From Escherichia coli (GTDB taxonomy: Bacteria > Pseudomonadota > Gammaproteobacteria > Enterobacterales > Enterobacteriaceae), in the NCBI RefSeq assembly GCF_017348835.2, contig NZ_CP072315.1: a stretch of DNA of 64,000 nt, one strand, 5' to 3'. Below are positions 59,427-64,000 of the stretch, one piece after another. Position 1 is the first letter of the stretch; every line of letters starts with the position of its first letter. The translations under genes and the position numbers were made by a program. Below the pieces are notes generated by a model that worked only from the letters and a program-made list of their open reading frames with translations, ran no database searches and had not been told where the DNA came from.

Positions 59427-60143
59427 TTAACTGTCTTGGAGTTTATTTAACTTAAAAACTGTTATTGCAGCATAATTTTTCGAATCAAATTCATAGAATT
59501 TTCTGACTTTTCCAGTCAAATGATAACGTTCACCCAATAAAATGTGATCCTGTTTATCGGCCGTTAAAGCGATCCCGTCATTTCTAACTTTACCAGTAAA
59601 TGTAAAAAAATAACTCCCTTTACTTTTTGCGTACGCGGCCCTGACTTCAGTAAATGTTAGTTCAATGCTTATGACCTGGCCGATATTGTAGCTATGTTTT
59701 AAAATTTCTTGTTCATTTTCCGGAGTTTCAGACAACATCACATCAAAAGTTGTAAAGAAACAATCCAGCTGGCGTTCTGTCAAGAAACGGTTATTGTCTA
59801 ATTGCGCCAATATACTATTAGAAAACTTAGTGTTAGCCTTTTTTGCTTTCTCAATAAGGACGTGGTTTCTGGATTTCCATGCTTCGAGTGTTGGGTTAAC
59901 ACGCAGTTCCGGAATGTTATCGAGAAAGGTAATTGGCTCTAGTGCCACTAATTTTTCAATAATGGGTCCAACTGTTTGTACCCCATGACACTTTTCACAT
60001 AAATCAGCCCCTTTGTGGCCTGTGCCCGCACATTCGTTACATTCTCTTTCGATAGGTGCATAATAATTTCCATCTCCGTTAAGTGATACATTCACTGAGG
60101 CTGGTACCATATGACCATCAAGAGTAAAGAAAAGAGATTTCAT
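59427..60143 (-). CDS. zinc-ribbon protein with DnaJ-type CxxCxGxG motif
   Basis: CNECAGTG and CEKCHG motifs near the N-terminus, like 34369..34839. Confidence 0.5.
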   Translation of the reverse strand: MKSLFFTLDGHMVPASVNVSLNGDGNYYAPIERECNECAGTGHKGADLCEKCHGVQTVGPIIEKLVALEPITFLDNIPELRVNPTLEAWKSRNHVLIEKAKKANTKFSNSILAQLDNNRFLTERQLDCFFTTFDVMLSETPENEQEILKHSYNIGQVISIELTFTEVRAAYAKSKGSYFFTFTGKVRNDGIALTADKQDHILLGERYHLTGKVRKFYEFDSKNYAAITVFKLNKLQDS

Positions 60144-60340
60144 TTTCGAAACACCTCCAAACGTGCCTCTACGATTGCTACAGCTTCTTTCACAGTTTTT
60201 TCATAGTGGTCATGCCCTTCAGGAAATTGATCAAAACGTTTACCGTGTTCTAACTCTTCCATGTTGCGTTTAAGGACTTCATGAGTTAGAAGCAAATCAC
60301 TATAATTATCGATAAGAGTCAGCTTTATAGGTTTAATCAC
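60140..60340 (-). CDS. hypothetical small protein
   Basis: 66-aa ORF overlapping the downstream gene by 4 bp. Confidence 0.35.
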   Translation of the reverse strand: MIKPIKLTLIDNYSDLLLTHEVLKRNMEELEHGKRFDQFPEGHDHYEKTVKEAVAIVEARLEVFRK

Positions 60341-60357
60341 TCAACTAATCCTCGTTT

Positions 60358-61413
60358 TTAATATTCCTTAAGGAGATCTCGAATTTCCAGAAGCTCTTCT
60401 AATTTTGGTTTAGAAACAATGATTGCTGTATTTTCGTCGTTAAGTAAAGACAATAAAATATTTAGCTTTTCATCATTCAAGATTATTTGAACACCATCAT
60501 TGGAAAATATTACATTATTACTATTAACATTTTTGAACAAGTGTGCACTATCTCTACCAAATTTTAGTTCTGTTTGAGTATTCGTTATAGATTCCGTATG
60601 TGTACTTTCCACAAGCTCAAGAAATTCAGATTTTAGCCGTTCTGTTTTCTTATGCGAGAGGCGCTTAATACCCAAAGTCTTACGAGTGACTGCCGAATTT
60701 TTCTTTTCTGGTCCGCCTTTATTTAAGGTGTCTGGTCCTGCTCCAGCTGCATTGTGTTCAGGTATGCCTACAATTTTGCTCGTTGTAGTCTCAATATTCT
60801 TAACGCCAGGTAAGAAACCTTCTATATGTTTTAAAACCATTTTGTGATCGTTGGAATATTTTAACATTATTTCAATGGCGAGCGTTTTTTTGATTAGATT
60901 TAGGCTAATCAAACGTTGAAGCTCTAATGGCATATCAAGGATTTTTAGCATATTACGAATTGCGGTAGTTGATCGTTGATATCGCATTGCTAGTTCTTCA
61001 ACCGAATACCCGAGACTAACAGCATGAGCTAATGCATGAGCTTGCCCAACCGGATTTAGCCCATTGCTTCTGTTACCATCGAGGTTCTCAAGGTATTCTT
61101 CAATTTCGTTTTTATAATCGATTAGGATAACAGATAATTTTGGAATATTAGCACCTTCAGAAATTGCTAATTTTAAGCCATGAAAACGAGTATGACCTTG
61201 ACGAACTAAATATTTACCTTTTCTTTTTACGACCTTGATCATATCAACCTGCCTTCCTTCCTTAAAGGCTTGTTTGATTGACACAATCATCGACTTGACA
61301 GGTTCTTGTTCGTAACACAAATCTCCGATTACCGCCTCTCGGGGATTAAATCCCTTTTCAATTTCAACTAGATTAGTATCCACTTCAATGACTGTATGTT
61401 TGCTGTTGTTCAT
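60358..61413 (-). CDS. ParB/Srx-domain (ParB-like nuclease) protein
   Basis: GFNPREAV ... VVKRKGKYLVRQGHTRFHGLKLAI block; third ParB-like paralog. Confidence 0.7.
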   Translation of the reverse strand: MNNSKHTVIEVDTNLVEIEKGFNPREAVIGDLCYEQEPVKSMIVSIKQAFKEGRQVDMIKVVKRKGKYLVRQGHTRFHGLKLAISEGANIPKLSVILIDYKNEIEEYLENLDGNRSNGLNPVGQAHALAHAVSLGYSVEELAMRYQRSTTAIRNMLKILDMPLELQRLISLNLIKKTLAIEIMLKYSNDHKMVLKHIEGFLPGVKNIETTTSKIVGIPEHNAAGAGPDTLNKGGPEKKNSAVTRKTLGIKRLSHKKTERLKSEFLELVESTHTESITNTQTELKFGRDSAHLFKNVNSNNVIFSNDGVQIILNDEKLNILLSLLNDENTAIIVSKPKLEELLEIRDLLKEY

Positions 61414-61699
61414 ATCTTCCTCCTGTTTACTACATGATACATGAACCTCAAATTTGCCAAATAGGGCTGATACATCTAAAAGGTAAACTCAAAAAATTTG
61501 CTTAATAAAATTAAAATAAAAACTGTCTTGAATAAAACAATGATAGTAGACCCTCGTTCATTTCCGTTTGCGATCTGTAGATATTGTTAAAGGAGCGCTA
61601 TTCCTTGTTTTATATGGACTTATCATTGTTTTCAACAGGATAGATCAATTCTTTAGATCACTAAAGATCAATAGAGTTCAAGTAAAGATCACGGCATCT

Positions 61700-61870
61700 T
61701 TAACTCATTGATTATAGTGACTTTATGAAAGGATCCGGCATTCGGATGCATGCGAAAAGCATTTGAATGAATAAGGAAGGCATTTACTGGAATGCTTATG
61801 GCATTTAGGTTAATGCGTAAAAAGCATTTGCAAGAATATGTTATAAACAGTTTGCCAAATGAAAATCTTA
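61700..61870. repeat. iteron-like repeats upstream of the second repA
   Basis: Repeated (A/G)GCATTT(G/A) ... AATGC units (aaaagcatttgaatgaat, ggcatttactggaatgc, aaagcatttgcaagaat). Confidence 0.5.
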
Positions 61871-61889
61871 TCACCGACGAGTTAAGTTA

Positions 61890-62765
61890 ATGATTAAAAA
61901 CAACGAGTTAATCCATCCTTTTGACGTAACCAGTAATGAATCAGGTAAGACTTATCAACTGACGCCTAACTCGTCCAAGTCGGTTCAGCCCGTGGCCCTG
62001 TTGAGATTGAGTGTATTTACCCCTGTCGGCACAAAAGAAAACCGCGACCGAAACTTTGAAGTTGATGCCTCTGATGAGCTTTCGTGTATGGAAATTGCAA
62101 GATCGGAGGGTTATGACGACATCAAGATAACTGGTGTCAAACTATCTATGTCTACCGACTTTAAGTGCTGGCTCGGGATCATCATGGCTTTCAGTAAATA
62201 TGGTTTTACTTCCGAGAAGATTACCCTGACTTTTAACGAGTTTGCGAAGATGTGTGGTATCAGTTCAACAAACATCAACAAACGAACTCGTGCGCGCTTT
62301 AAAGAGTCATTAATGAACCTTGCATCGGTAGTGCTTGCCTTCTCAGACTCTCGGAGTGGTCGGTTCACAGTAACGCATCTGGTGCAGAAGGCTATGATTG
62401 ATCCAAAAAGCGATACTGTTGAGTTGGTTGGGGATCCTTCTATGTGGGAACTGTATCGTTACGACCATAAGACATTGTTAAGCCTTCAGGTTCTATACAT
62501 TTTGGCTAAAAAAGAAGCTGCGCAATCTCTCTATATTTATTTTGAAGCAATGCCAGCTGGTACGTTGTTCGTTAATATGAAACGGTTGAGGGAAAGGTTG
62601 CTTCTTACAACCCCTATTCGTACGCAAAACCAGATAATTCGTAAAGCAATGCGGGAACTTGAATCTATCGGATATCTCGATTATCAAGAAGTTAAGAAAG
62701 GTCGCGACATACAATTTCAGATCTTCAAAAGAAGCCCTAAGCTGGCCCTCGCCAAACAAGGTTGA
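61890..62765 (+). CDS. repA: plasmid replication initiator RepA (second Rep_3-type replicon)
   Basis: SVQPVALLRLSVFTP, DFKCWLGII, THLVQKAMIDPKSD, WELYRYDHKTLLSLQ and AAQSLYIYFEAMP blocks collinear with the repA at 47391..48479 but clearly diverged. Confidence 0.85.
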   Translation: MIKNNELIHPFDVTSNESGKTYQLTPNSSKSVQPVALLRLSVFTPVGTKENRDRNFEVDASDELSCMEIARSEGYDDIKITGVKLSMSTDFKCWLGIIMAFSKYGFTSEKITLTFNEFAKMCGISSTNINKRTRARFKESLMNLASVVLAFSDSRSGRFTVTHLVQKAMIDPKSDTVELVGDPSMWELYRYDHKTLLSLQVLYILAKKEAAQSLYIYFEAMPAGTLFVNMKRLRERLLLTTPIRTQNQIIRKAMRELESIGYLDYQEVKKGRDIQFQIFKRSPKLALAKQG

Positions 62766-62989
62766 AAGCTACCAGGTATGCACTGGTTATAACATGCTGA
62801 AAAATAAGTTATTTATCAGTGCTATGCTTAGTGCTTCTTTTACTACTGGTCTTACATCTCGGCTTAATGTGCAAAAAAGTAACTTTTCAAACGAACTCCT
62901 GACTATTCATCTGTATGCCTTTCTGGCTCAAGCGTACATGCTAGCCCATTCATTAAATGCCGTGGAGCAAGATGGTTTCGTGCGCACTC

Positions 62990-63500
62990 TATTCACGTGA
63001 ATGCCTTTTGTGGATTACGCCTCTTACATTCATACAAATGCTTTTGATGTCGGTATCCCAAAAAATCATTCATTGAAATGCTTTTGTTTGCCACTGTATC
63101 CCGAGCATAGCTATGCAGTGGTATAAAAAGGCATTTTGGTGAATGGCATTAGGTCGAATGACACACAGTACAGCTTTGTTAAGAGCGAGAATGGTCCAAG
63201 ACATCTATGACATTGGGCATCAGAAGGACTATGTGTTTGATATGAGATCAAAAAAATATCAGAAGCATCACAACTCCAATGGCATTCAAAGAAATGCCTT
63301 TGTTTTGTTAGTACACCAAACAACCCAAAATTCATGCAGTTATATCAAAGACTCATTCGCAAAAGGACTCAGCCAGAAAGCATTTGCTTAAATAGCATTG
63401 GCCAAAAGCATTCGAATGAATGATGTTCATATGGACAAGACAAAGTCCCACTCACGCCCAGAGGTGTAAAAGGCATTTAGATGAATGACGCACCGGCCGA
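62990..63500. repeat. iteron-like repeats downstream of the second repA
   Basis: Many copies of AATGC(C/T)TTT / AAAGCATT-type units in both orientations. Confidence 0.5.
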
Positions 63501-63660
63501 GGATTGTATGTAGTTTCTCCAACTGATAGTTGCCGAACCAGGGAGCACAGTGATATGCGGCCTTCTCAGAATCAAGAGATAGATATTAAGGGAACAAAAA
63601 AGATTAGATATGAAGCTTAGTTACCTGCCCGATATCTAGTTAGAGCTTTTCAAACCATCA

Positions 63661-63671
63661 AAAGTGACTTT
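63661..63671. promoter_or_regulatory. AAAGTWACTTT motif, one-mismatch variant
   Basis: aaagtgacttt near the right edge of the window. Confidence 0.3.
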
Positions 63672-64000
63672 TATGCTTGAGGAGTCTCATCAGCTTCAGG
63701 ATTGAGCTTAACGTAATCTTACCCCCTCCCCTCTTTCAAACTTTTACTAAGCGTTCACTGGTACTTTTCAAAGATTATGCTTTAGGCCCCTTTGCTTAAA
63801 AATTCACCAATCGCTAAACGTTAAAAAAAGGGGGTTTATGCGAACGGAAGGATCGGAATAAAAAAGTATTATTCATTCGCGTTTACGTGAACTCAAATCT
63901 ACACGGAGTAATTATGGAACTTTCTTTAAATATTGGCCTTAGTGAAAAGAAATCTAACACGGCTGCACTTTTTAAAACAAAAAGCGCAAAAGTGATTTTG

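Overview
The window looks like accessory and replication DNA from a large multi-replicon enterobacterial plasmid; this is inferred from gene content only, since no search could be run. The host is probably E. coli or a close relative, because intact IS186 and IS150 copies are present. Three parts are visible. (1) Roughly 2.5-35 kb is a dense run of mostly small leftward-transcribed genes with many hypotheticals, plus a ParB-like protein, an HNH endonuclease, a PAPS-reductase-like PP-loop protein, two methyltransferases, a HigB-like toxin and a hok toxin gene whose locus is cut by IS150 and IS186. (2) Roughly 35-53 kb holds three diverged ~810-aa secreted paralogs around a RepFIB-like repA with iterons, including a large phased array of head-to-head iteron pairs split by an IS91-family element. 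(3) Roughly 54-64 kb holds two more ParB-like genes, two more adenine methyltransferases (one Dam-like) and a second Rep_3-type repA with its own iterons. Two short sequence elements recur across the window: a palindrome AAAGTWACTTT at 13 intergenic sites, and a promoter-proximal element (coding-strand CTCAGGTTATTAGCC) about 45 bp upstream of several leftward genes. Candidate novel systems are the membrane protein / S49 peptidase / NERD operon at the left edge, the PAPS-reductase-like gene with its HNH neighbour, the HigB-like toxin with a non-canonical partner, and the palindrome-marked regulon. All protein calls rest on motifs recognised by eye in the supplied translations; no tRNA, rRNA or CRISPR array was found.
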